Below, piece by piece: positions 28,309 through 37,634 of a stretch of DNA of 64,000 bases. Under the pieces are notes generated by a model. The model saw nothing but the letters and a program-made list of their open reading frames with translations, did not search any database and had not been told where the DNA came from. Origin of the DNA: an uncultured Lentimicrobiaceae bacterium (lineage in GTDB: Bacteria > Bacteroidota > Bacteroidia > Bacteroidales > WCHB1-69); assembly GCA_964521105.1 (NCBI GenBank), contig CAZFPO010000003.1, positions 5,012 through 69,011 of the forward strand, given 5' to 3'. Position numbers and translations under genes: made by a program. Each line of letters opens with the position of its first letter. Position 1 is the first letter of the stretch.

Positions 28309-28348
28309 AAATGATTGATTTTAAGATGCTTGTTGTTGACGACTGATG

Positions 28349-28356
28349 CAAAATTA
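28349..28356 (-). promoter_or_regulatory. -7 box TAATTTTG (prs)
   Basis: TAnnTTTG match 41 nt upstream of the ATG at 28308. Confidence 0.4.
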
Positions 28357-28427
28357 CAAAAAATATAATACTATAATCAGAGATTAAATTATATTTTTTT
28401 TTTACTTGTTAATTAAAAAAAAAGGAG

Positions 28428-28435
28428 TAATTTTG
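28428..28435 (+). promoter_or_regulatory. -7 box TAATTTTG (tRNA-Leu CAA)
   Basis: TAnnTTTG match 22 nt upstream of the tRNA 5' end. Confidence 0.45.
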
Positions 28436-28456
28436 TCGTTCGTTCTCTTGACAAAT

Positions 28457-28540
28457 GCCCGAGTGGCGGAATTGGTAGACGCGTCGGTCTCAAAAACCGA
28501 TGAGGTTACACTCGTGCCGGTTCGATTCCGGCCTCGGGTA
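28457..28540 (+). tRNA. tRNA-Leu (anticodon CAA), type II
   Basis: Hand fold: acceptor GCCCGAG/CTCGGGT (G1:U72), anticodon arm TCGGT-CTCAAAA-ACCGA, T-arm GCCGG-TTCGATT-CCGGC, long variable arm. Confidence 0.9.
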
Positions 28541-28700
28541 CGGGTTAGAAGCTTCTTAAATAATATTTTTAAGGAGCTTCTTTTGTTAAAAAACACAAAT
28601 TATTCAATTGGGTACTTTAAAATCGAAATGATTGACCTGGCTGTGTTTTAATCCCCTTTCAGCGATTTATAGCTGTTTATGAAATCAAAAATTTAGAAAT

Positions 28701-28735
28701 AAAAAAAACTGTCGATTCGTTTCGACAGTTTTTTG
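28701..28735. terminator. bidirectional terminator (tRNA-Leu on +, PLP enzyme gene on -)
   Basis: aactgtcga-ttcgtt-tcgacagtt hairpin flanked by A8 and T6 runs. Confidence 0.6.
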
Positions 28736-28751
28736 AAAATTTTAAACTGCT

Positions 28752-29954
28752 TTATTTCAATAATTTCATTTCTCTTAAACAATTTTCAATTTTTTGATAG
28801 GTGCGTTCAATGTCGTTGTCTAAACCTACGGAAAAACGAATTAATCCTTCCGACATTCCCATTTCTCTTTGAATTTCTTCGGGAACTTCCGAAGATGTTG
28901 ATTTTCCGGAATTGCTAAATAAAGTTTTAAAGTATCCTAAGCTTACCGCTAAATATCCAACACCGGCTGTTTGCATTTTTTCCATCAATTCGTTTGCAAT
29001 TTCGGCTTTTTCCATATCAATAGATATCATGCCACCATAACCAAATTCTTTGTTAATGATGGAATTAAAAATGGAATAATCTTTATGTTCCTCCATTCCC
29101 GGATAATTGGCTTTAAGTCCGATTTCTTTGAATCGTTTGGATAAATACATGGCATTATGGCTATGTTGCTTCATCCTAATGTGCAATGTGTGTAAATTTT
29201 TAAGAATATTTGACGAACGTAGAGGATCTAATGCAGGTCCTAATAACATAGCGGTTCCATCATTTACGTTGGATAAGGAATTTACAAATTCGGCAGAAGC
29301 ACAAATTGCTCCGGCAACACAGTCGTTTTTACCATTTATAAATTTGGTCATACTATACACAATAATATCGGCTCCGTGTTTAAAAGGGCTTACAATTAAA
29401 GGTGTAAACGTGTTGTCAATAACTAATTGTGCATGAGCTGCATGAGCTATTTTTGCTAACTCGGGTACATTGGCAATTCGTAACAATGGGTTCGACATAA
29501 CTTCGGTGTAAACCATTTTGGTATTTGGACGAATAGCTTCTTTAACAGCATTTAGGTTGGATGTGTTAACAAATGTAACATCGATGTTGTACTTTGGTAA
29601 CCAGTTTTTCATAAAGGCAAATGAGCCGCCATAAACAGTTTCGCTGGATACAATATGATCGCCGGATTTACATATTTGTAAAATAGTACAAGTAATAGCT
29701 GCCATACCTGATGCTGTAACCCATGCTGATTCTGTTCCTTCCATTGCAGCCATGGCATCTGCTAAATATTTGTTACTTGGATTCCAGTGCCTAGAATATA
29801 AAAAACAACCTTCTGTTTCACCATGAAACGTGTCTAACATAGTGTTGGCTTCCATAAAGGTGTAAGTTGCCGAATCGGTGATAGATGGATTAACTCCTCC
29901 AAATTCACCAAATTGTTCTAAATCTTGAATGTTACTTGCCGGATCAAATTTCAT
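28752..29954 (-). CDS. Cys/Met-metabolism PLP-dependent enzyme (methionine gamma-lyase / cystathionine gamma-synthase family)
   Basis: The fold-type I trans-sulfuration family pattern is present, including PLP-lysine motif YSMTKFINGKNDCVAG. This departs from the usual S-x-TK-x-x-GH-x-D. Confidence 0.75.
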   Translation of the reverse strand: MKFDPASNIQDLEQFGEFGGVNPSITDSATYTFMEANTMLDTFHGETEGCFLYSRHWNPSNKYLADAMAAMEGTESAWVTASGMAAITCTILQICKSGDHIVSSETVYGGSFAFMKNWLPKYNIDVTFVNTSNLNAVKEAIRPNTKMVYTEVMSNPLLRIANVPELAKIAHAAHAQLVIDNTFTPLIVSPFKHGADIIVYSMTKFINGKNDCVAGAICASAEFVNSLSNVNDGTAMLLGPALDPLRSSNILKNLHTLHIRMKQHSHNAMYLSKRFKEIGLKANYPGMEEHKDYSIFNSIINKEFGYGGMISIDMEKAEIANELMEKMQTAGVGYLAVSLGYFKTLFSNSGKSTSSEVPEEIQREMGMSEGLIRFSVGLDNDIERTYQKIENCLREMKLLK

Positions 29955-29991
29955 AATATGTTTTTTTTAATTTTTCGATTTACTACAACTG

Positions 29992-29999
29992 CAAAAATA
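29992..29999 (-). promoter_or_regulatory. -7 box TATTTTTG (PLP enzyme gene)
   Basis: TAnnTTTG match 37 nt upstream of the ATG at 29954. Confidence 0.4.
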
Positions 30000-30141
30000 G
30001 AACTGTTTCTTTAATATCAAAACCTTTTCTGAAAAAAATATTGAAAATGAACGTGTTTAAAATTCGACTTGCTCAAATGTTAATTCGTTTCAGCGATGCT
30101 ATCGATTATTCCGGGTTAGTTTTAGTTTTTAAAAAATTCAT

Positions 30142-30166
30142 AAAAAAAGCAGAGATTGCCTCTGCC
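30142..30166 (-). terminator. terminator downstream of the HMA-like gene
   Basis: gcaga-gattgcc-tctgc hairpin followed by a T-run on the minus strand. Confidence 0.4.
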
Positions 30167-30189
30167 TCATGTTTTAGAATAAATGTTTT

Positions 30190-30573
30190 CTATTGTTTAT
30201 GTTCGCTATTGCCATCTCCATGACTACATGCTTTTTGGATGGGTTTGGTTGTATCGGAATATTCGGTGAAATATCCAATTTTTTCAATTTCTTGAACCAA
30301 TGCTTTAGTACTGACAATTTCCGAATTATGTTCGATGGTTACAATTTTTGTTTCAACATCGGCATTAACTTTAGTAACTCCGTTCACTTCAGATAATTTT
30401 GTTTCAAGTAATTTTTTGCCGTTTGGACAATGAAATCCTACTTTTACTTTAAAAACATTTTGTTTTGCTGTTGCTTCTGGAATAACCGGAACTTGAGTAG
30501 TTACGGTTTGTGCGGTAAGTGTAAAAACACTGGTAATACCTAATAAAAACAGAAATAGAATCGCTTTTTTCAT
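30190..30573 (-). CDS. secreted heavy-metal-associated (HMA)-like domain protein
   Basis: Signal peptide. The ferredoxin-like HMA pattern reads KVKVGFHCPNGKKLLETKLSEVNGVTKVNADVETKIVTIEH, with HCPNG in place of the CxxC loop. The tail is rich in Cys/His (CSHGDGNSEHKQ). Confidence 0.5.
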   Translation of the reverse strand: MKKAILFLFLLGITSVFTLTAQTVTTQVPVIPEATAKQNVFKVKVGFHCPNGKKLLETKLSEVNGVTKVNADVETKIVTIEHNSEIVSTKALVQEIEKIGYFTEYSDTTKPIQKACSHGDGNSEHKQ

Positions 30574-30648
30574 AATTATAATGTTATTAATTCAAGGACA
30601 AAGATAAGAAAAAGAAGAATTCGATTTTATCTTTTTATGATAAACCCG

Positions 30649-31035
30649 CTAATCTGTTTTTATGATATAATAGCCGTTCATATCTTTATTAAGCGATTCA
30701 ATTTCGATAATTGAAAATTCGCGAATTATTTTTTCATCCTTCATTAATTTTAGAACTTGATACTCCTCGGGAATATGTTTATTGAATTTTATTCCAAATA
30801 TTTTAGAATAGCCACCCGACATAGAGGGAATATTAACCGTGTATACATTTCCTATCGGCAATATTTCATCATATTTGCCAGCTCCTTGATGTAGAAACAT
30901 TTTTGTCGATTTGTCTTTTGTGTCCGCATAAACAATTTTATAGTTTTTGGGGTTAGATTTGATATCCGCAATCACACATGAATTAAGGAATAGGCTAATT
31001 AAAAAAAATGAAAGGAGCAAAATGGTGTTTTTCAT
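30649..31035 (-). CDS. hypothetical lipoprotein
   Basis: Signal peptide with a lipobox-like LNSC. No recognised domain. Confidence 0.5.
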   Translation of the reverse strand: MKNTILLLSFFLISLFLNSCVIADIKSNPKNYKIVYADTKDKSTKMFLHQGAGKYDEILPIGNVYTVNIPSMSGGYSKIFGIKFNKHIPEEYQVLKLMKDEKIIREFSIIEIESLNKDMNGYYIIKTD

Positions 31036-31061
31036 GTTTAATTTTTTTCAAAAATAGTGTT

Positions 31062-31103
31062 TTTTATAAAATAAAAATGCTTGCATAAAATTATGCAAGC
31101 ATT
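31062..31103 (-). terminator. rho-independent terminator of tRNA-Lys
   Basis: Perfect 12-bp stem, aatgcttgcata (31076..31087) with tatgcaagcatt (31092..31103), then a T-rich run on the minus strand. Confidence 0.65.
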
Positions 31104-31114
31104 TCGTTTTATTG

Positions 31115-31187
31115 TATCCCCGGGGGGGCTCGAACCCCCGACCCATTGATTAAGAGTCAATTGCTCTACCAACTGAGCTACGGAGAC
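31115..31187 (-). tRNA. tRNA-Lys (anticodon CTT)
   Basis: Hand fold: D-arm GCTC-AGTTGGTA-GAGC, anticodon arm ATTGA-CTCTTAA-TCAAT, T-arm GGGGG-TTCGAGC-CCCCC, acceptor stem with two G:U pairs. Confidence 0.85.
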
Positions 31188-31201
31188 AAATAAACTGACT
31201 G

Positions 31202-31209
31202 CAAAAGTA
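31202..31209 (-). promoter_or_regulatory. -7 box TACTTTTG (tRNA-Lys)
   Basis: TAnnTTTG match 15 nt upstream of the tRNA 5' end. Confidence 0.45.
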
Positions 31210-31299
31210 CATTTTTTCTGTAATAAAAAGAATTGTTTTTTGATATGACAAAAAAATTGACATCAAAAATATCTTTACCAATCAAATTTTCGGAACTCT

Positions 31300-33633
31300 T
31301 TAAAAATTGATGCGATATAATGCCATTGGAAACAATCCCATTTGATACTCCGTTTCAACAACTTTATTCTTTTTGTCGTACGATTCTTTTAATACATTAT
31401 TATGATTTGTCACATTTTGAATATCTATGGCAAACTCCTGCGAAAATTTCTTTTTATTATGCTTGAATCCAATTCTTACATCCATTCTAAAATAATTTGG
31501 ATTACGCTTTTCGTATGCATTCTCCCAATTAATAACCTTTCTGTTTTGTGCTATTGATTTTTGCAAATCGATTTCCAATTTTGGATTTCCTCCAGCATAA
31601 GTACCTCGAAAATTAAACGTAATTCGGTTTTGTTTTTCAATACCAACAGGGAGTTCGTATCCAAACAGCCCATTGAGAACAAAATTGTTGTTAAATGCTG
31701 TGTTTCGCTCTACTCCATTATAATCGTAATATTTCGATTGAAATAAAGAGCTCGTTACCAAAAAGTAATAGTTATTTTGAAAGAATTTCTCGAGTGTTAT
31801 TTCTACCCCATAGTTTTTCCCAGTTGCTTTATTAACTAAACTATCGGGTACAATAATTTCAAAATCGGCACCCGAATTTATAAGTGACTCTATGGGCGAA
31901 GATTGAGAAATTGGAATATTAAAAAGATGCTGATAGTATGTTTCTAGTTTTAATCGCATTTGCTTTGAAATGTTTAAATCGTACCCCAAAACACCATGAA
32001 TACTTTTAGATAGACCCAGATTTTTGTTTGAATTATAGGCGATTCCGTTTGAGTCGTAACTTTCGGATAAATATACAATACTTGCTTGTGTTTGGCTATG
32101 AATACCAAAACCCATGTTTATTGCATGTTTTTCGCTCATTTCATAACTCAAACCAAGTCGTGGCTCAACATTGTATGATTGATTATAATCCAAATAAAGA
32201 AAATTCAACCCGCTCGACATCGATAAGTTGTTGCTAAAATTATGCTTCCATTGCCCGAAAGCTGTTAATAAACTCATGCTTCCTCTAGTATCTCGCAATA
32301 CTTCCCAATAATTTATGTCGTCTCCATTTTCATCGGTTCGGGTTGTAAAGGAGCTGTCCGAAAAATCTAAATAGTCTCTGGTGAAATTTACCCCAAACGA
32401 GATGTTATTTTTGGCATTTATTTTTGTTTTTTCAAATACTGAAAACGTGAATTTTGTTTCTTGAAAATTTGCCATATAATCGGGCTTAAAATAACGATAT
32501 TCATAATTTTTCGACTGTGCATATTGAATCGAGGATTTCACTTCAATCCTGGTTTTATTACTCAAAAACCGCACAAATGTAACTCCAATTACTCCTGTAT
32601 TATTTTGAATAGTATCTCTTTTTGTTGTGTCTTTTGTCGTTTCCAATCGATCTAAACCTCCAATTCCGAAAATTGAAATATATCCTTTTTTTACTGGAAA
32701 ATTCATTTTAAAGCTTAGGTCTTGGTAACGTGGAGTAGAGGATTTTTTACCCACTTCGAGACCCATCATATTGAGCAACGAAAGCATAGAGTATCGATAA
32801 TTTACAATGAACGACGATTTGTTTTTCTTCGAAATCGGACCTTCGGCTCCAAGTTCGAATCCATTAAATCCAACTTGCCCCATAAATTCGTGTTTTTCGT
32901 TGTTCCCATTTCGCATTTTAAGGTCAAAAACACCACTAGTTGCATTGGCATACTCCGCCGGAAATGCACTTGAAAAAAAATCTGAATTCGACAGCAAATT
33001 ATTATTCAACATACTAATCGCACCACCGGTTGTTCCCATTGCCCCAAAATGACTGGGGTTTGGAATGTTAAAACCGTCAAGTCTCCAAAGCAAACCAATT
33101 GGTGAATTTCCGCGAATAATTATATCGTTTCGCTCATCATCCCCAGTACTGACTCCTGCGAAGTTTTTTGCCATTCGAGATGGATCACCTAAACTTCCAG
33201 CGTAACGCTCTGTTTCTTCAATCGAAAAAGTACGAACACTAATAACGGCCATTTCATTTTGAGCTTTCGATTTTTCGACAGTAGCTGTAATACTCACTTC
33301 TTTCAAGGAGGTAACACTTTCCTGAAGTTCTATGGTTAAAACAGTTTCTTTACCACTACTAATAAGTATATCATTTAGGGTTTTTGAATTATAGCCAATA
33401 AACGAAACAATAAATGATTGCCTTCCTAACGAAACATTTGTTAATCTGAAATTTCCATTGGCATCAGTACTTGTTCCTGAATTTGTCCCGGCAATTTGAA
33501 TATTTACACCAGGCAATGGAAGTTTACTGTCCATATCCAAAACGGTTCCACGCACTACTTGTCCCGATGGTTGTTGCGAAAATGCACAAAATCCTAAAAC
33601 GACAAGAATAAGGGTTAAATATATTCGATTCAT
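31300..33633 (-). CDS. TonB-dependent receptor with N-terminal carboxypeptidase-regulatory-like domain
   Basis: Signal peptide. The CarbopepD_reg-like segment reads VRGTVLDMDSKLPLPGVNIQIAGTNSGTSTDANGNFRL. Plug region, long barrel, and terminal aromatic residue (...YRINF) are present. Confidence 0.85.
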   Translation of the reverse strand: MNRIYLTLILVVLGFCAFSQQPSGQVVRGTVLDMDSKLPLPGVNIQIAGTNSGTSTDANGNFRLTNVSLGRQSFIVSFIGYNSKTLNDILISSGKETVLTIELQESVTSLKEVSITATVEKSKAQNEMAVISVRTFSIEETERYAGSLGDPSRMAKNFAGVSTGDDERNDIIIRGNSPIGLLWRLDGFNIPNPSHFGAMGTTGGAISMLNNNLLSNSDFFSSAFPAEYANATSGVFDLKMRNGNNEKHEFMGQVGFNGFELGAEGPISKKNKSSFIVNYRYSMLSLLNMMGLEVGKKSSTPRYQDLSFKMNFPVKKGYISIFGIGGLDRLETTKDTTKRDTIQNNTGVIGVTFVRFLSNKTRIEVKSSIQYAQSKNYEYRYFKPDYMANFQETKFTFSVFEKTKINAKNNISFGVNFTRDYLDFSDSSFTTRTDENGDDINYWEVLRDTRGSMSLLTAFGQWKHNFSNNLSMSSGLNFLYLDYNQSYNVEPRLGLSYEMSEKHAINMGFGIHSQTQASIVYLSESYDSNGIAYNSNKNLGLSKSIHGVLGYDLNISKQMRLKLETYYQHLFNIPISQSSPIESLINSGADFEIIVPDSLVNKATGKNYGVEITLEKFFQNNYYFLVTSSLFQSKYYDYNGVERNTAFNNNFVLNGLFGYELPVGIEKQNRITFNFRGTYAGGNPKLEIDLQKSIAQNRKVINWENAYEKRNPNYFRMDVRIGFKHNKKKFSQEFAIDIQNVTNHNNVLKESYDKKNKVVETEYQMGLFPMALYRINF

Positions 33634-33657
33634 AAAGCTTTTCTTTTGGATTGATTT

Positions 33658-34266
33658 TTATTTCAAATTATTAAAAAATTTTTCGATTGCATTTGAAACA
33701 AAAACTTTTGGATTTTCGATTTCTACCGGTCCTCCATTTTGACCGACAACTAGAGACGTTACTCCGTGAATAAACGCCCAAATAGTAAACGTTGTAATTT
33801 CGACATCTGCACTCGCGAAATACTTTTCCTCGATACATTTTACCACTGATTGTCGAAGTAAATCGTAGGCAAAGCGTCCTTCTTCCCATTCATCCGGAGA
33901 ACTCAATCCTTTTTGTTTATACGACATTACAAATATTAGATTGTAATATTCTGGATTTTCCATTGCGAAACCGACATACATCATCCCCATTTTTTTTATT
34001 TTTTCAAAAATTGTATCATCTCCTTCAAATGCTTTTTTTTGATAATCGGATAAAATTTTAAATCCTTCGCGGTGTAAAGCCATTAGTATGTCGGCTTTAT
34101 CCTTAAAATACAAATAAATTGTAGCTGGTGAGTATTCAATTTTTTCGGCAATTTTCCGAATGGTTACATTTTCGAAACCATTACTTAAAAATAATTCAAT
34201 AGCGGTTTTTTGGATAATTAACTTACGCTCTTCGCGTTCCCGCTCTTTTCTTTCGCTTATTCCCAT
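33658..34266 (-). CDS. TetR/AcrR family transcriptional regulator
   Basis: HTH segment FENVTIRKIAEKIEYSPATIYLYFKDK. It ends 24 nt upstream of the TonB-dependent receptor gene. Confidence 0.85.
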   Translation of the reverse strand: MGISERKEREREERKLIIQKTAIELFLSNGFENVTIRKIAEKIEYSPATIYLYFKDKADILMALHREGFKILSDYQKKAFEGDDTIFEKIKKMGMMYVGFAMENPEYYNLIFVMSYKQKGLSSPDEWEEGRFAYDLLRQSVVKCIEEKYFASADVEITTFTIWAFIHGVTSLVVGQNGGPVEIENPKVFVSNAIEKFFNNLK

Positions 34267-34300
34267 AGTTTAAAACTGAAAATGAATATAGTTTATAATC

Positions 34301-34313
34301 TAAACAGTGTTTA
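34301..34313. promoter_or_regulatory. candidate operator palindrome TAAACA-G-TGTTTA
   Basis: 13-bp dyad between the -7 box (34323..34330) and the tetR ATG (34266). Confidence 0.3.
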
Positions 34314-34322
34314 TTTTATTTG

Positions 34323-34330
34323 CAAAGTTA
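34323..34330 (-). promoter_or_regulatory. -7 box TAACTTTG (tetR-TBDR operon)
   Basis: TAnnTTTG match 57 nt upstream of the ATG at 34266. Confidence 0.4.
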
Positions 34331-34738
34331 ATATTATTTTGAAATAAAAAAATATTTGACAAAAAATAAATCGTTTGACAAACATCCAGTTTTCAATTTC
34401 TGATTTTTCAGAAAACTTTAAACCTTTGGTACGACAAAAATTTTTGTTTTATTAATCGGAAATCTGAACCGTTTTTTTATGATTTATTTTTGAACTTGCA
34501 GTGCAACAAAGTACTAAATTAATCGGAATAAAGTATGTTTATTGAAAACACTTATTGGTCATGTGTCTTGTTTTTCCTATATCCACTAGGCATTATAATA
34601 AATATATTTTCAAATCTGGCATAATCAGCTCCAACAACACTTTCATAAAACAAAATTTGGGTCAAACCAGAGTAAGCGATAGAATTAATGAGAAGACTAT
34701 GAATTAAAAAATGAAAGTAGACTTTTGTATAAATTATG

Positions 34739-34746
34739 TACTTTTG
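34739..34746 (+). promoter_or_regulatory. -7 box TACTTTTG (trx-like-panC-panD operon)
   Basis: TAnnTTTG match 26 nt upstream of the ATG at 34772. Confidence 0.5.
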
Positions 34747-34771
34747 CAATTGAATTTTTAAGAAATAACCG

Positions 34772-35299
34772 ATGTCTAAATTATACAAATCAATACTTAT
34801 TATTTGCTTGTTTATTACAAACGTTTTAATGGCTCAAACCCCAACCTATATGTTTGATGAAAAAAGTGGTCAAGAAATAATGCTTGGAAAATGCGAGGAA
34901 TCTTTCCTTAAAAAGGGAGTCTTTGGTGAATACTATTCATTGGAATATCCAAATTACATTCCCAATCCCGAAGTGATTAATCAAATAAAAAGCCTATTAA
35001 AAACGAATAAAACTCAATACGAAGTGGTAGTAGTTTTAGGAACATGGTGTGGTGATAGTAAGGATCAGGTTCCTCGTTTTATAAAAATAATGGATTCGAT
35101 AAACAATCAAAATTTAACGATTCAAACATATATTTGTGTTGACCGAACAAAATCGGCTCCAAGCTTAAAAATGGAGGATTATAAAATTGAAAAAATTCCA
35201 ACCTTCATTTTTTATAAAAACAATATTGAAATTGGAAGAATCGTTGAAACCCCTTTAAAAAGCCTCGAATCGGATCTTTTGGAAATTTTAAATAAGTAA
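34772..35299 (+). CDS. secreted thioredoxin-fold protein (monothiol WCGDS motif)
   Basis: Signal peptide. VVVLGTWCGDSKDQVP occupies the position of the thioredoxin WCxxC motif, with Ser replacing the second Cys. Confidence 0.65.
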   Translation: MSKLYKSILIICLFITNVLMAQTPTYMFDEKSGQEIMLGKCEESFLKKGVFGEYYSLEYPNYIPNPEVINQIKSLLKTNKTQYEVVVVLGTWCGDSKDQVPRFIKIMDSINNQNLTIQTYICVDRTKSAPSLKMEDYKIEKIPTFIFYKNNIEIGRIVETPLKSLESDLLEILNK

Positions 35300-35305
35300 A
35301 CACAC

Positions 35306-36145
35306 ATGCTGGTTTTTAACACTCGGAAATCAATTGAAGATTACCTAAACATTCAACAAAACCAAAATTTACAAGTTGGCTTTGTTCCTACCATGGGAGC
35401 ATTACATCAAGGGCATAAAACGTTGTTAGAACGCTCCTTTCGCGAAAACAATCTCACTGTTTGTAGTATTTTTGTTAATCCATTACAGTTTAACAACAAA
35501 CAAGATTTAGAAAAATATCCTCGCAACATCGAAGCCGATATTGAATTTATTAAGGATTGTTGCGATGTGCTTTTTATCCCCGAATATTCTGAAATATATC
35601 CTGAACAACCTGCCGAAAAATTCAACTTTGGAAATTTAGACTTAATACTAGAAGCCGAATTTCGCCCTGGACATTTTTATGGTGTTGCTGCTGTTGTAAA
35701 ACGGTTTTTCGAAATCATTAAACCTCATAAAGCCTATTTTGGTTTAAAAGATTATCAACAGCTCCAAATTGTGCAATCGATGGTTAAACAATATCAAATT
35801 GCAGTGGAGATAATTTCGTGTAACATTGTTAGAGAAGATGACGGATTAGCAATGAGTTCCCGAAATCAACGATTAAGCATTGATGAACGAAAAATTGCAC
35901 CTTTAATCTATCAAGTATTACAAAAATCTTCTGAAATTATAAAAGAAAAAGGGGTTTCTGCTTCAAAAGAATTTGTTTTTAATACCTTTGCAGCGAATAA
36001 ACAATTCCGAATTGAATATTTTGAGTGGGTAGATGTTGATTCGTTTGAAATTTTATCTAATTCCACACAAAATATGGTTGGTTTAATTGCAGTTTGGCTC
36101 GGAAATGTTCGTTTAATTGACAATATTACAATTTCTACAAAATAA
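35306..36145 (+). CDS. panC: pantoate--beta-alanine ligase
   Basis: GFVPTMGALHQGH (HIGH-like) motif and ~280 aa length. Confidence 0.9.
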   Translation: MLVFNTRKSIEDYLNIQQNQNLQVGFVPTMGALHQGHKTLLERSFRENNLTVCSIFVNPLQFNNKQDLEKYPRNIEADIEFIKDCCDVLFIPEYSEIYPEQPAEKFNFGNLDLILEAEFRPGHFYGVAAVVKRFFEIIKPHKAYFGLKDYQQLQIVQSMVKQYQIAVEIISCNIVREDDGLAMSSRNQRLSIDERKIAPLIYQVLQKSSEIIKEKGVSASKEFVFNTFAANKQFRIEYFEWVDVDSFEILSNSTQNMVGLIAVWLGNVRLIDNITISTK

Positions 36146-36151
36146 TTAACA

Positions 36152-36493
36152 ATGCAAATACAAGTTTTAAAATCAAAAATACATCGCATTCGTGTTACTC
36201 AAGCAAATCTCGATTACATTGGGAGTATTACCATAGATGAAGATTTAATGGATGCCGTAAATTTGATAGAAAATGAAAAAGTTCATGTGGTAAATATAAA
36301 CAATGGCGAACGTCTTGAAACTTATGTAATTAAAGGAAAAAGAGGTTCGGGTACTATTTGTTTAAATGGACCTGCTGCACGAAAAGTACAAATTAATGAC
36401 ATCGTAATCATTCTTTCGTTTGCCTCAATGGATTTTGAAGAAGCAAAATCGTTTAAACCAATGATAATTTTTCCAGAATCTGAAAATAAATAA
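36152..36493 (+). CDS. panD: aspartate 1-decarboxylase
   Basis: [29 protein letters not shown] contains the Gly-Ser self-cleavage site. Confidence 0.9.
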   Translation: MQIQVLKSKIHRIRVTQANLDYIGSITIDEDLMDAVNLIENEKVHVVNINNGERLETYVIKGKRGSGTICLNGPAARKVQINDIVIILSFASMDFEEAKSFKPMIIFPESENK

Positions 36494-36526
36494 TCACAGG
36501 CTAAAAAATTAACCTATGATTAGATG

Positions 36527-37606
36527 TTATTTGTATTCGCTAGCGTTTACCTCACCAGATAAAATAAGATATCCATTAAGAGCCAATGCTCTCATTTCGT
36601 CTTCGCCAGGATAAACAGAGATAGTTGCCAAAAATTCAATTCTTTCTTTAACTTTTGCCACAAATGGCTTTCCATAAGCAATTCCGCCTGTGAGTAATAT
36701 TGCATCAATTTTACCTTTTAAAACAGTAGCCATGGCACCAATTTCTTTTGCCACTTGATAAGCCATTGCCGATTCAATTAATTCGGCTTTTGCATCTCCG
36801 GCAGCAGCTCTTTTTTCAACTTCGTAAGCATCGTTAGTGCCCAAATAGGCAACAAAACCACCTTGTCCGGTAATCATTTTTTTAACTTCAGCCAGTGTAT
36901 ATTTTCCACTAAAACAAAGTTTCGCCAATTGACCAACAGGAAGTGTTCCACTACGTTCGGGACTAAAAGGACCTTCGCCATTTAGCGCTTCATTTACATC
37001 AACAACACGCCCTTTTAAATGTGCTCCAACACTAATTCCACCGCCCAAATGAACTACAATTAAATTTAGGTCTTCATATTTTTTGTTAATGTCTTTAGCA
37101 TAAGTTCGAGCTATTGCCTTTTGATTTAATGCATGAAAAATTGAGACACGTTCAAAAAGAGGATGTCCCGAGATTCTTGCAATTTCTTCTAGTTCATCAA
37201 CCACCACTGGATCGGCAATAAAAGCCCTTGAACCTTCAATCGATTTAGCTATATCGTTAGCAATAAGTCCACCCAAATTACTGGCATGTTCGCCGTTAAT
37301 TCCATTTTTTAAATCTTCTATCATGACATCATTAACCGTATAAACGCCCGAAGGAATAAATTTCACTAATCCCCCTCTGCCAACGATAATTTTTAAATTA
37401 TTTAAATCAATGTTAGCCGCTTTAAGCTCTTCTAAAATTATATTTTTTCTAAACTCGTACTGATCGGTAATTTTAGCAAAAGGAGCTAATTCTTCAGAGG
37501 TATGTTTAATGTTTTTTACAAAAATTTGATTTTCGCCAGCAAAAACAGCAATTTTGGTTGATGTTGAGCCTGGATTTATCGCTAAAATTAATTGGTTTTG
37601 CTTCAT
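36527..37606 (-). CDS. buk: butyrate kinase
   Basis: ILAINPGSTSTKIAVF N-terminal ASKHA motif, ~360 aa, located downstream of ptb. Confidence 0.9.
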   Translation of the reverse strand: MKQNQLILAINPGSTSTKIAVFAGENQIFVKNIKHTSEELAPFAKITDQYEFRKNIILEELKAANIDLNNLKIIVGRGGLVKFIPSGVYTVNDVMIEDLKNGINGEHASNLGGLIANDIAKSIEGSRAFIADPVVVDELEEIARISGHPLFERVSIFHALNQKAIARTYAKDINKKYEDLNLIVVHLGGGISVGAHLKGRVVDVNEALNGEGPFSPERSGTLPVGQLAKLCFSGKYTLAEVKKMITGQGGFVAYLGTNDAYEVEKRAAAGDAKAELIESAMAYQVAKEIGAMATVLKGKIDAILLTGGIAYGKPFVAKVKERIEFLATISVYPGEDEMRALALNGYLILSGEVNASEYK

Positions 37607-37634
37607 GTTTACTTATTATGTTTTTGGTTAATAA

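Noticed and set aside
28402-28651. Track ORFs 28402..28596 (-) and 28406..28651 (+)
   Set aside because: Both run across tRNA-Leu(CAA) (28457..28540) and its terminator, so they are spurious.
34552-34788. Track ORF 34552..34788 (-), 78 aa
   Set aside because: It overlaps the -7 box and start codon of the thioredoxin-fold gene on the other strand. It has hydrophobic low-complexity composition and no motif.
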